From an uncultured beta proteobacterium (lineage in GTDB: Bacteria > Pseudomonadota > Gammaproteobacteria > Burkholderiales > SG8-39): a DNA stretch of 64,000 bases. The stretch is taken from NCBI GenBank assembly GCA_963699535.1, contig CAVOUJ010000031.1:51086-115085 (forward strand), in the 5' to 3' direction. Of the stretch, positions 39,362-51,480 are shown piece by piece (the first letter of the stretch is position 1; each line of letters opens with the position of its first letter). Below the pieces are notes generated by a model. The model was not told the origin of the DNA. It did not search any database and was given only the letters and a program-made list of their open reading frames with translations. Made by a program: the position numbers and the translations under genes.

Positions 39362-41287
39362 CGCTTGCGCCTTTCTTTGTGGCGGGCACAGGCTGGGCGG
39401 GCTTGTCGCGCTTGCCTGCCAGATAGTAGTCGAGCACCTTGCGCGCGATGGGCGCCGCCGCGCGTGCCCCGAATCCGGCGTTCTCCACCACCACCGCGAG
39501 CGCGATTTTCGGGTTCTCTACCGGCGCGAACGCGATGAAGAGCGCGTGGTCGCGCAGATATTCATCGACCTGCGATTCGACGTATTTCTCGCCCGCCTTG
39601 AGCGCCACCACCTGGGCGGTACCGGTCTTGCCGCGCGCTGGTGTAGCTCGCCCCTCTGAAGGAGCCCGCGCCCGTGCCCTCCTTGTTGACCCCGGCCATG
39701 GCGCGCTTGATGACTTCGAGGTTCTCGGCCTTGAGCGGGATGGTCTTGAGCGTCTGAGGGCTCGCGTGCGTGCGCTCGCCCGTCCTCGGATTCTCGACAT
39801 AGTCCACCAGGCGCGGACGCATCATCACTCCGTCGTTGGCGATCGCGGCAACGGCCATCGCGAGCTGAAGCGGCGTGTAGGCGTGATAGCCCTGGCCGAT
39901 GCCGATGCTGATGGTCTCGCCCGCGTACCACCTCTGCTGCTCCGGAGTCTTGAAGTACTTCTTCTTCCATTCCTGTGAAGGCAGCACTCCCGCCGACTTC
40001 GCCCTCCAGGTCGATTCCGGTGCGGGCGCCGAACCCGAACTGGCTCATGAAGCTCGCGATATTGTCGATGCCGAGGTCGTTGGCGAGCACGTAGTAATAG
40101 GTGTCGCAGGACACGACGATCGACTTCACCATGTCCACGTAGCCGTGGCCGTCGGCCTTGAAGTCGCGGAAGCGGTTGTTGCCCAGCGTGAAGTAGCCGG
40201 GATCGAAAGTGAGCTGATTGGGAGTTCTCGCGCCGAGCTCGAGGGCGGCGAGCGCCATGAAGGGCTTGAAGGTGGACCCCGGCGCGTAGAGGCCGGTCAG
40301 CGCGCGGTTGTTCAGGGGATGGTCGGGCGAATTGTTGAGTGCGTCCCAGTTGGCCGGGTCGATGCCGTCGACGAAGAGATTCGGGTCGTAGCCGGGCTTG
40401 GAGACGAATGCGAGTATCGCTCCGGTCGACGGTTCGATCGCCACCATGGCGCCGCGCCTCTCGCCGAAAGCGCGCTCGACGGTCTCCTGAAGGCCGATAT
40501 CGAGCGTAAGCCGCAGATCGTTGCCCGATTCGGCCGGCGCGGCGCGCCGCAGGAGCTTCACGATTCGTCCGCCGGCGTCGGTCACGATTCGTCCGCCGGC
40601 GTCGGTCTCGACTTCGTCGAACCCCGTGGTCCCGTGCAGCGCGGTCTCGTAGCTGCGCTCCAGTCCGGTCTTGCCGATGTGGTCCGACCCTTTGTAGTTT
40701 CCCCGGGCATCGGCCTCGTCGAGGCGCTCGAGATCGCGATCGTCGATCCGCCCGATGTACCCGACCACGTGCGAGCCGAGCTCGCCCAGAGGATACTGGC
40801 GAAACAGCTTTCCCTTGATGTCCATCCCGGGAAAGCGGTGCCTGTTGACCGCGAGCCTCGCGACTTCCTCGTCGGTCAGGCGGGTGCGCAGGGGCAAAGT
40901 GTCCAGGCCCTTGCTTTCCTCGCGCAGCTTGCGAAAGCGCCTGCGATCTTTCGGCTGGATATCGACCAGGGCGGAGAGCGCTTCGATGGTGCCCTCGAGG
41001 TCGGGGATCTTGGAAAGCGTGAGCTCGAGCGTATAGGCGGAATAGTTGCGGGCAAGCACGACGCCGTTGCGATCGACGATGAGCCCGCGATTGGGCGGAA
41101 TCGGCATGATGAAGATGCGGTTATCCTCGGCCCGGGTTGCGTAGTATTCGCTCTGGATGACCTGGAGGTAGAAAAAACGCCCGAACAGGACCGCGAACGC
41201 CCCGAGCACGATCGCTCCGGCGATGCCCAGGCGCAGCTGGAAGTAGTACAGCTCGCGCTGGGTGTTCCGGATTTCGGCGAAACGCAT
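39354..41287 (-). pseudogene. mrdA: Penicillin-binding protein 2 (MrdA), 2 frameshifts (about 39990 and 39650) plus an in-frame 24-bp duplication
   Basis: MRFAEIRNTQRELYYFQLRL..; SxxK (GSTFKP); ..VLPSQEWKKKYF..ISIGIGQGY.. and ..GKTGTAQV..FAPVENPKIA.. lie in three frames. Confidence 0.9.
40558..40607. repeat. Perfect tandem duplication of a 24-bp unit (TCACGATTCGTCCGCCGGCGTCGG x2.08) inside mrdA
   Basis: Read directly from the sequence. It encodes ..ETDAGGRIVTDAGGRIVKLL.., an in-frame 8-aa duplication. Confidence 0.85.
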
Positions 41288-41292
41288 GGCGC

Positions 41293-41811
41293 CTATATCG
41301 GCCGGTTCCGGTCCACGCTCTCGGGCCTGCGCTGCGGCAGCAGAAGGAGGAACGTGGCGGTCGGCCAAAGCGCGGCCGCGATGAGGCTCCCGCCAAAGTA
41401 GGAAAAGCCCGGGAATACGTCGCCAGCGACAAGGCGCACGCCGACCATCAGGGCCTGACACGCGAGCAGCAGCACGAGAACATGCGCCGCCTGCTGCCAA
41501 GGCGAAAACCACAAGATGCGCCTGTGCAGCCCGATCGCGGCAAAGGCCAGAACGGCGTAGGCAAAGGCGTGCTGGCCGAGCAGCGCACCGCTCCCCGCAT
41601 CCATGACGAGGCCCAAGAACCAGGCGACGCCGATGCCCACCTTCCGGGGCTGGTGCACGCACCAGAAAGCGAGCACGAGCGCAAGCATGTCGGGCAGCCA
41701 GCCGGCGTCGGGCCAGGGCAGCAGGTTGAAGAGCAGCGCGAGCGCCAGCGTGAGCGCCATGAAGGCGGGCTTCACGGGCAGCAGGATGCGCTGCGGTTCG
41801 AGCGATGCCAT
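41293..41811 (-). CDS. mreD: Rod shape-determining protein MreD
   Basis: 172-aa hydrophobic ORF between mreC and mrdA. Confidence 0.85.
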   Translation of the reverse strand: MASLEPQRILLPVKPAFMALTLALALLFNLLPWPDAGWLPDMLALVLAFWCVHQPRKVGIGVAWFLGLVMDAGSGALLGQHAFAYAVLAFAAIGLHRRILWFSPWQQAAHVLVLLLACQALMVGVRLVAGDVFPGFSYFGGSLIAAALWPTATFLLLLPQRRPESVDRNRPI

Positions 41812-41827
41812 CAGACCGGGTAAGCGC

Positions 41828-44156
<2,329 letters not shown>

Positions 44157-44185
44157 ACGGGATTCAGGCCTGAATCCTGAGTCCC

Positions 44186-45648
44186 ATGCACAACGCCTCG
44201 CTCAAAGAGCTTTCCGCCGCACTCGCGCAAAGGAAAGCATCGAGCGTCGATCTGACGAAGCTCTTTCTGGACCGAGTCCAGAAAACGAACGGCGCGCTCA
44301 ACGCGTTCATCACCGTCGACGCGGAAAAGAGCCTTGCCCAGGCGCGCGCGGCCGACGAGCGCATCGCCAAGGGCGACGCGAAGCCGCTCACCGGGATCCC
44401 GGTCGCGCACAAGGACATCTTCGTCGCGCAAGGGCTGGCTCACCACCTGCGGCTCGAAGATCCTCTCGAATTTCGTCAGTCCCTACGACGCGCATGTGAT
44501 CGAGCGCTTCAACGCGGCGGGGGCGGTGCTTCTCGGCAAGACCAACATGGACGAGTTCGCGATGGGCTCCTCCAGCGAGAACTCGTTCTACGGCCCGGTG
44601 AAGAATCCCTGGGACACGACGTGCGTACCGGGAGGCTCCTCCGGCGGATCGGCGGCCGCGATCGCGGCACGCATGGCGCCCGCTGCCACCGGCACCGATA
44701 CGGGCGGCTCGATCCGCCAGCCCGCCGCGCTTTCGGGCGTCTCCGGCCTGAAGCCGACTTACGGCCTGGTGTCGCGCTACGGGATGATCGCGTTCGCGTC
44801 CAGCCTCGACCAGGGAGGGCCGATCGCAAGAAGCGCCGAGGACCTCGCGCTGCTTCTGAACGTGATGGTCGGTTTCGACAAGCGCGATTCCACCTCGATC
44901 GAGCGTGCCGCCGAAGACTACGCCCGGGATCTCGAAAAGCCGCTCGCGGGATTGCGCATCGGCGTTGCGAAGGAGCATTTCGGCGAAGGCCTTGCCGCCG
45001 ACGTCGGCAAGGCCGTCGAGGCGGCGATCGCGCAATTCGAGAAGCTCGGCGCAAAGCGCGTAGCGATCAGTCTGCCGAACAGCGGCCTGTCGGTGCCGGC
45101 GTACTACGTGATCGCACCCGCCGAGGCCTCGTCGAATCTGTCGCGCTTCGACGGCGCGCGCTACGGCTACCGCGCGAGCGGCTATCGCGACCTCGCCGAC
45201 ATGTACCGCAAGACCCGCGCCGAAGGCTTCGGCGCGGAGGTCAGGCGCCGCATCCTGATCGGGACGTACGTGCTCTCGCACGGCTACTACGACGCCTACT
45301 ACCTGAAGGCGCAGAAGATCCGGCGCCTGATCGCGCAGGACTTCGTCGAGGCCTTCAAGCAATGCGACCTGGTGATCGGCCCGACCTCGCCGACGGCGGC
45401 GTTCAAGATCGGCGCGAAGGCCGCCGATCCGGTGCAGATGTACCTGAACGACATCTACACGACCCCGGCCAATCTCGCCGGGATTGCCCGCGATGTCCAT
45501 TCCTTGCGGATTCGGGAACGACAAGCTGCCGGTCGGGCTGCACATCACCGGCGACTATTTTTCCGAGGCGAGGATGCTGAACGCCGCGCACCAGTACCAG
45601 AAGGCGACCGACTGGCATGCGCGGCGCCCTCCCGGGATCGAGCCATGA
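44186..45648 (+). pseudogene. gatA: Asp/Glu-tRNA amidotransferase subunit A, 2 frameshifts (GGG at 44432-44434; about 45484)
   Basis: Amidase signature (..[24 protein letters not shown]..). The tail ..[40 protein letters not shown].. is in a third frame. The stop overlaps the gatB ATG (ATGA). Confidence 0.95.
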
Positions 45649-47102
45649 ACTGGGAAATCGTGATCGGCCTGGAAACGCACGCGCAGCTTTCCACCGCGTC
45701 CAAGATGTTCTCGGGAGCGTCCACCGCGTTCGGCGCGGCGCCCAACACCCAGGCGAGCGCGGTGGATATCGCGCTGCCGGGCGTGCTGCCGGTGGCGAAC
45801 AAGGGCGCGGTCGAGCGCGCGATCCGGTTCGGGCTCGCGGTCGGCGGAGAAAAGGTGATCAATCGGCGCTCGGTTTTTGCGCGGAAGAACTACTTCTACC
45901 CGGATCTTCCCAAGGGCTACCAGATCAGCCAGTTCGAGCTGCCGATCGTGAAGGGCGGGGAGATTCCCATCGTTTCGCCGACGCGCGGTGAAATCAGGAT
46001 ACGACTCACCCGCGCTCATCTCGAGGAGGACGCGGGCAAGTCGCTGCACGAGGATTTCCACGGCATGACCGGCATCGACCTGAACCGCGCGGGCGTGCCG
46101 CTGCTGGAGATCGTCTCGGAGCCCGACATGCGCTCGGCCGAGGAGGCGGTGGCCTACGCCAAGGCGCTGCATTCGCTCGTCCGCTGGATCGACATCTGCG
46201 ACGGCAACATGCAGGAGGGGCTCGTTCCGCTGCGACGCCAACGTCTCGGTGCGGCGGCCGGGCGCGCCGCTCGGCACGCGCTGCGAGATCAAGAACCTCA
46301 ATTCGTTCCGGTTCATGGAGCGCGCGATCGAGTTCGAGGCCAAGCGCCAGATCGAGATTCTGGAAGACGGCGGAAAGATCGTGCAGGAGACCCGCCTGTA
46401 CGATTCCGACAAGGACGAGACGCGCTCGCTGCGCATCAAGGAGGAGGCGCACGACTACCGCTACTTTCCGGATCCGGATCTGCTGCCGCTCGGTCGTGAC
46501 GGACGAATGGATAGAGCAGATCAAGACGTCGATGCCAGAATCGCTGCAAACTCAGGACGCGACAAGCTCATCGAGTATCGGCTCCCTTCGGCAACAGGCC
46601 GACGCAGTTGACGACAAGTCGAGCTACGTCGACATTTGCGTTGTCAACTTTGGAGAGCGCGCCGTGAACGAGCAGGCTACCGACTCTGCCAACTGGATCC
46701 TCGGCGCACTTAGCGCGAAGCTGAACGAGGAGAATCTCGACTTTAAGACAGCAAGGTGACGACCAGATCAGCTGAGAGGCTCTGTCGAGACTCGTTGCCG
46801 ATGGAACGATATCCAGCACAGCCGCGACAACGATAGTGTTGCCCGCTCGATGTGGGATGGGGAAGGTAGTCCGTAGACGAGATCATTGAGAAGCGAGGGC
46901 TCAAGCAGATCAGCGACACCGGCGAAATCGAGAAGGATCGTCAATGAAGTTCTCGCAGCGAAATCGCAAGCAAGTCGAGGACTACCGCGCCGGGAAGGAA
47001 AAGGCCTTCAACTCGCTCGTCGGCCAGGTGATGAAGGCGACCAAGGGCAAGGCCAACCCCGCCCAAGTGAGCGAAATCCTGAAACGCAAGTTGTCGAGTT
47101 GA
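45645..47102 (+). pseudogene. gatB: Asp/Glu-tRNA amidotransferase subunit B; two G-run frameshifts (46217-46220, about 46490) and a heavily disrupted, lower-GC 3' third
   Basis: [20 protein letters not shown] | [38 protein letters not shown] | [11 protein letters not shown].. From about 46540 to 47102 the GatB tail (..RDKLIEY.., ..ANWILGALSAKLNEENL.., ..DGTISS.., ..MWDGEGSP.., ..[19 protein letters not shown].., ..[42 protein letters not shown]) is recoverable only by hopping frames at least 7 times. Confidence 0.9.
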
Positions 47103-47153
47103 CCGGCCGATCTCGCCGGCCGTCCGCAGCGGACCCGCGTAACCAAGTTATAG

Positions 47154-47423
47154 ATGCGTTTTACCTGGGATCCCAACAAGGAACGTCGCAACAAGCGGGA
47201 TCACGGGATTGGGTTTCAAGAGGCCACAACCGTATTTGGGGATTCACTGGCCGCTACGGTCTCCGACCCAGATCACTCAATTGGCCAGGAGCGGTTCGTC
47301 ACCATTGGGTACTCCAGCTCAGGAACTCTTCTGGTTGTGTGCCATACGCAACAAGGGGATACCATTCGCATTATTTCGGCTCGCCGAGCCACAGCTCATG
47401 AACGAAGGGACTATGAAGCTTAA
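47154..47423 (+). CDS. brnT: BrnT-family (DUF497) type II toxin
   Basis: 89 aa: MRFTWDPNKERRNKRDHGIGFQEATTVFGDSLAATVSDPDHSIGQERFVTIGYSSSGTLLVVCHTQQGDTIRIISARRATAHERRDYE. This is the classic BrnT pattern. Confidence 0.85.
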   Translation: MRFTWDPNKERRNKRDHGIGFQEATTVFGDSLAATVSDPDHSIGQERFVTIGYSSSGTLLVVCHTQQGDTIRIISARRATAHERRDYEA

Positions 47424-47670
47424 GGCCAAGGAACCAGAAATGCGTCCTGAGTACGACTTCTCGGGCGGTGTTCGTGGAAAGTACTATCAACGCTACATGG
47501 AGAGCAGCAACGTTGTCGTGCTTGAACCCGATGTCCACAGGCGTTTCAGGAACTCGAGCGCGGTGAACAAGGCACTTCGTTCACTCATGCGCGCAGAAGA
47601 AACGCAACGCGGTCCAACAAAGCGGTCTGCACGGGCACGCCCAAAGGCGGCGCGCGCCGGTAACCGCTGA
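47413..47670 (+). CDS. brnA: BrnA-like antitoxin (start ambiguous: 47398, 47413 or 47440)
   Basis: It overlaps the brnT 3' end. ..MRPEYDFSGGVRGKYYQRY..VVVLEPDVHRRFRNSSAVNKALRSLM is the motif set seen in antitoxins encoded downstream of BrnT. Confidence 0.65.
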   Translation: MKLKAKEPEMRPEYDFSGGVRGKYYQRYMESSNVVVLEPDVHRRFRNSSAVNKALRSLMRAEETQRGPTKRSARARPKAARAGNR

Positions 47671-47694
47671 CGGTAGCGGGTCAAGATTGCCGGG

Positions 47695-48504
47695 ATGCTC
47701 AACACCATGACTGAACCCGTCGTCCTGACCGCCACGCGCGACGCCGTCGCGACCATCACGCTCAACCGGCCGGCGGCGCTGAATGCGCTCAACCGCGAGC
47801 TGACGCTCGCCCTGCGCGACGCGGTGTTCGCCGCCGAGCACGACCGAGAGGTGCGCTGCGTGGTGATCCGCGGCGGCGAGCATTTCATGGCGGGCGGCGA
47901 TCTGAAGTGGTTCAACGAGCGGCTCGCCACGATCTCGGGCGCGGAGGCCCGGGTGCAGTTCGAGGGTTTCATCCAGGAAGTTCACGCCTTGATCGTCAGC
48001 CTGCGGCGCATGCAGAAGCCCGTGGTCGCGAGCGTGAGCGGCGCCGCCGCGGGATTCGGCATGAGCCTGATGATGGCCTGCGACCTTGCGCTCGCCGCGG
48101 ACAGCGCCTATTTCACGCTCGCCTACACGCTGATCGGCGTGACTCCCGACGGCGGCTCGACCTACGCGCTGCCGCGCATCGTCGGGCTGAAGAAGGCGAT
48201 GGAGATCGCTCTCCTCGGCGAGCGTTTCGACGCCGCCACCGCGGAGCGCCTCGGTCTCGTCAACCGCGTCGTGCCCGCCGCGGTGCTCGAAGCGGAGACA
48301 CAGAAGCTCGCGGCGCGGCTCGCAAGCGGCCCGACTGCCGTATATGGCCGCACCAAGGCGCTCATCAATCGCGCGCTCGAGAATTCGCTCGAAACCCAGC
48401 TGCAGCGCGAAGCCGAGGCCTTCGCGCAGAGCGCATCCGAGCCTGACTTCGCTGCGGGACTCAAGGCCTTCATCGAAAAGCGCAAGCCCCAATGGAATCG
48501 CTGA
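47695..48504 (+). CDS. Enoyl-CoA hydratase/isomerase family protein
   Basis: Crotonase fold (..ATITLNRPAALNAL..VVIRGGEHFMAGGDLK..GAAAGFGMSLMMACD..). Confidence 0.85.
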   Translation: MLNTMTEPVVLTATRDAVATITLNRPAALNALNRELTLALRDAVFAAEHDREVRCVVIRGGEHFMAGGDLKWFNERLATISGAEARVQFEGFIQEVHALIVSLRRMQKPVVASVSGAAAGFGMSLMMACDLALAADSAYFTLAYTLIGVTPDGGSTYALPRIVGLKKAMEIALLGERFDAATAERLGLVNRVVPAAVLEAETQKLAARLASGPTAVYGRTKALINRALENSLETQLQREAEAFAQSASEPDFAAGLKAFIEKRKPQWNR

Positions 48505-49310
48505 AAGGCAGGACGCTCTTCATCACCGGCGGCAGCCGCGGCATCGGCCTCGCCATCGCGCTGCGTGCTGCGGCCGACGGCGCGAATATCGTCATCGCGG
48601 CCAAGACCGCCGAGCCGAATCCCAGGCTTCCCGGCACGATCTTCAGCGCCGCGGGCGAAATCGAGGCGGCAGGCGGCCAGTGCCTGCCGGTGCGGTGCGA
48701 CATCCGCGACGAGACGCAGATTGCGAAGGCGGTGGCCGCCGGCGCCGAGCGCTTCGGCGGCATCGACGTCCTGGTCAACAACGCGAGCGCGATCAGCCTC
48801 ACCGGCACGATGGAAACGCCGATGAAGCGCTTCGACCTGATGTTCGGCGTCAACGTGCGCGGCACCTACGCGGCGTCGCAGGCCTGCATCCCGCACCTCA
48901 AGAAGGCCGCGAACCCGCATATCCTCACGCTCGCCTCGCCGATCAACCTCAAACCGGCCTGGTTCAAGCGCCACGTCGCCTACACCATGGCGAAGTACGG
49001 CATGAGCATGTGCGTGCTCGGCATGGCGGAGGAGTTCCGCGAAGCTGGGATCGCGGTCAACGCCCTGTGGCCGCGCACCATCATCGCCACGGCGGCGCTG
49101 CAGATGATTCCCGGAGTCGATCCCGGCCGCGGAAGAAAGCCCGAGATCATGGCGGACGCCGCGCACTGGATCCTCACCCAGCCCGCGCGCGGCTGCAGCG
49201 GCAATTTCTTCATCGACGAAGACGTCCTGCGGCGCGCCGGCACTGCAGATTTCGGGAAGTACGCGGTCGATCCGGCGAAGACCCTGCTGCCCGATCTCTT
49301 CCTGGATTGA
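48492..49310 (+). CDS. Short-chain dehydrogenase/reductase (SDR) family oxidoreductase
   Basis: TGGSRGIG cofactor motif, NNAS and YxxxK (YTMAKYG). It overlaps the upstream gene by 13 nt. Confidence 0.85.
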   Translation: MESLKGRTLFITGGSRGIGLAIALRAAADGANIVIAAKTAEPNPRLPGTIFSAAGEIEAAGGQCLPVRCDIRDETQIAKAVAAGAERFGGIDVLVNNASAISLTGTMETPMKRFDLMFGVNVRGTYAASQACIPHLKKAANPHILTLASPINLKPAWFKRHVAYTMAKYGMSMCVLGMAEEFREAGIAVNALWPRTIIATAALQMIPGVDPGRGRKPEIMADAAHWILTQPARGCSGNFFIDEDVLRRAGTADFGKYAVDPAKTLLPDLFLD

Positions 49311-49365
49311 CGCTGCGCCGGACCGGATCCGGTCACTCAGGCCGATTCTGCCGGCGCGAAGGAAG

Positions 49366-49992
49366 CTACTTTTTCTGCGCGGCCTTGGTGTTCAGCTCGG
49401 CATAGCGCCGTTTCTCTTCGTCGTACTTCGCGTTGATGGCGCCGATCTCTTTTTTCTTCGCGTCGAGCAGGGCAGTCTGGTTCTTGATGTCGATCTCGTT
49501 GTTCGTGATTTCCTGCTTGAGCTTCGCCGGCAGGGGCTTCTTGACGAAGAACTCCTTCTCGGATTCCAGCTCTTTCTTGCGCTTCTGCGCGTTGGCGACG
49601 CGCTTCTCGGTTTCGGCGATGGCCGCTTCGGCCTCCTTCAAGGCGCGGGAGCGGGCTTCCTCGATGTCCTTTTCGCTCGGATAGGTGGCGAGCAGTGCTT
49701 GAGCCCTGCGGCGTTCCTCCCGGGTCTTCTCGTCTTCTTCCAGCTTCTTCTTGCTCGCTTCCTCGCGCGCCCTGATTTCCGCAGGCGACGGCGGACGCTC
49801 GGATTTTTTCAGTATTCCCGCCTTGTTCAGCTCCTGCGTGTCGCGGCCGAGGCACTCGGGGGGAGGTATTTGCGTGTAGTAGGTCTTGCCCTTGGAGTCG
49901 ACGCATTTGTACATGCGCTGCGGCTGCTGCGCTGGAGCGGGCGCCGCTGCGAGCGCGGTGAGACACAGGAACACGACTGTTTGGCTACGCAT
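49366..49992 (-). CDS. DUF4124 domain protein with a long Lys/Glu-rich coiled coil
   Basis: Signal peptide followed by MYKCVDSKGKTYYTQIPPPEC (DUF4124-like), then a charged coiled-coil region. Confidence 0.7.
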   Translation of the reverse strand: MRSQTVVFLCLTALAAAPAPAQQPQRMYKCVDSKGKTYYTQIPPPECLGRDTQELNKAGILKKSERPPSPAEIRAREEASKKKLEEDEKTREERRRAQALLATYPSEKDIEEARSRALKEAEAAIAETEKRVANAQKRKKELESEKEFFVKKPLPAKLKQEITNNEIDIKNQTALLDAKKKEIGAINAKYDEEKRRYAELNTKAAQKK

Positions 49993-50636
49993 GCTGAACG
50001 ATCCCATAAAGTTGCCGGTACTCCGCGATCGAACTCAGATTCTGCCGAAACTCGGCGCTCTTCTGTAGCCATTCGACCAGGTCGTCGAGAGTGGCTATGG
50101 AAATCACCGGTATTCCATGGCGCTGCTCGATCTCCTGGACCGCCGAAAGATTTCCGGCGCCGCGCTCCATCCTGTCCAGCGAGATCACGACCCCGGCGGG
50201 GGCCGCGCCGTGAGCGGCGATAATGGCGAGCGACTCGCCCACCGCGGTGCCGGCCGTCAGCACATCATCCACGATCAGTACCCGGCCGGCAAGCGGGGCG
50301 CCGATCAGATCGCCGCCCTCGCCGTGATTTTTTGCCTCCTTACGGTTGAAAGCGAAAGGCACGTTGCGGCCTTCGCGCGACAGGGCGATCGCGGTGCTAG
50401 CGGCGAGCACGATGCCCTTGTACGCGGGGCCGAACAGCATGTCGAACTTCGCGCCCGAAGCGAGGATGGCTTTTGCGTAGAATTGCGCCAGGCGCTCGAG
50501 CGCCGCGCCGGTGTTGAAGAGGCCCAGCGTTGAGGAAATACGGAGTCGTGCGTCCCGATTTGGTCACGAAGCGGCCGAACTTGAGCACGCCCTGCTCGAT
50601 GCAGAAAGCGATGAACTCCTTGCGAAAATCGGCCAC
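49985..50636 (-). pseudogene. pyrE: Orotate phosphoribosyltransferase, frameshifted at the C-run 50522-50524
   Basis: [38 protein letters not shown] | [50 protein letters not shown].. Removing one G from GCTGGGCCT restores the frame. Confidence 0.9.
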
Positions 50637-50663
50637 CTGAGAGCGCTCGGGAGAGTTGGCGAA

Positions 50664-51443
50664 ATGTTACGCATTATCACGCTCAACCTCAACGGCATAC
50701 GCTCGGCGCTCGCCAAGGGCTTTCCGCGGTGGCTCGCCCGGCAGCGAGCCGACGTCGTGTGTCTTCAGGAAATCAAGGCGCAGGAGGCGGACCTGGCCGA
50801 CCTCGCTCTGGTCCCCAGGGGATTTCACGGCCACTATCACTGCTGCGCGACAAAGAAGGGCTACAGCGGCGTCGGGCTTTACTCCAGGGTGAAACCGGAC
50901 AGCGTGTCCTGCGGCTACGGCAGCCGCGAATTCGACCCGGAGGGAAGGTTTCTTCGCGCGGACTTCGGCAAGCTCTCGGTGGTGTCGGTGTATCTGCCTT
51001 CGGGATCGAGCGGGGAGGAAAGGCAGAAAGCCAAGTTCCGCTTCCTCGAGGAGTTCATGCCGGTGCTGAAGAAACTCAGCGCGAGCGGCCGCGAGTTCGT
51101 CATCTGCGGCGACTGGAACATCGCCCACAAGGAAATCGACCTGAAGAACTGGCGCGGGAACCGCAAGAACTCCGGCTTCCTTCCCGAGGAGCGCGCCTGG
51201 CTCACCGAGGTGTTCGACAGCGTCGGCTGGGTGGACGTGTTCCGGCGCGTCGATTCCCGGCCCGAGCGCTATACGTGGTGGTCGAACCGCGGCCAGGCCT
51301 GGGCCAAGAACGTCGGCTGGCGCATCGACTACCAGATCGCGACGCCGGGAATCGCGGCGAAGGCGAAGAAGGCCGCGATCTACAAGGCGAAGCGCTTCTC
51401 GGATCACGCGCCGCTGACGATAGACTACGACGCGCGCCTGTAG
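50664..51443 (+). CDS. xth: Exodeoxyribonuclease III
   Basis: Start at [41 protein letters not shown]. Confidence 0.9.
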   Translation: MLRIITLNLNGIRSALAKGFPRWLARQRADVVCLQEIKAQEADLADLALVPRGFHGHYHCCATKKGYSGVGLYSRVKPDSVSCGYGSREFDPEGRFLRADFGKLSVVSVYLPSGSSGEERQKAKFRFLEEFMPVLKKLSASGREFVICGDWNIAHKEIDLKNWRGNRKNSGFLPEERAWLTEVFDSVGWVDVFRRVDSRPERYTWWSNRGQAWAKNVGWRIDYQIATPGIAAKAKKAAIYKAKRFSDHAPLTIDYDARL

Positions 51444-51480
51444 CGGCGAAGCGCATCCCCGGGCGCGTATACAATCGCGC

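Noticed and set aside
40558-40607. The 24-bp direct repeat considered as a CRISPR or minisatellite seed.
   Set aside because: There are only about two contiguous copies with no spacers. It lies inside the mrdA coding frame and no cas genes are present. It is a simple in-frame tandem duplication.
46540-47690. The lower-GC patch considered as a classical genomic island or integrative element.
   Set aside because: I see no integrase, tRNA or tmRNA target, flanking direct repeats or other cargo beyond brnTA. At about 1.1 kb it is too small. It is kept only as a mosaic or assembly-join hypothesis.
49311-49365. The GACCGGATCCGGTC palindrome between the convergent SDR and DUF4124 genes, considered as a bidirectional terminator.
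   Set aside because: The stem is only 6 bp with a 2-nt loop and has no flanking T or A tracts. This is not convincing as an intrinsic terminator.
51444-51480. A possible leaderless ampG transcript. TACAAT at 51470-51475 lies 5 nt before the ATG at 51481, and there is no Shine-Dalgarno sequence.
   Set aside because: There is no acceptable -35 or extended -10, and the hexamer sits in a GCGCG...CGCGC palindrome. A single hexamer match is insufficient.
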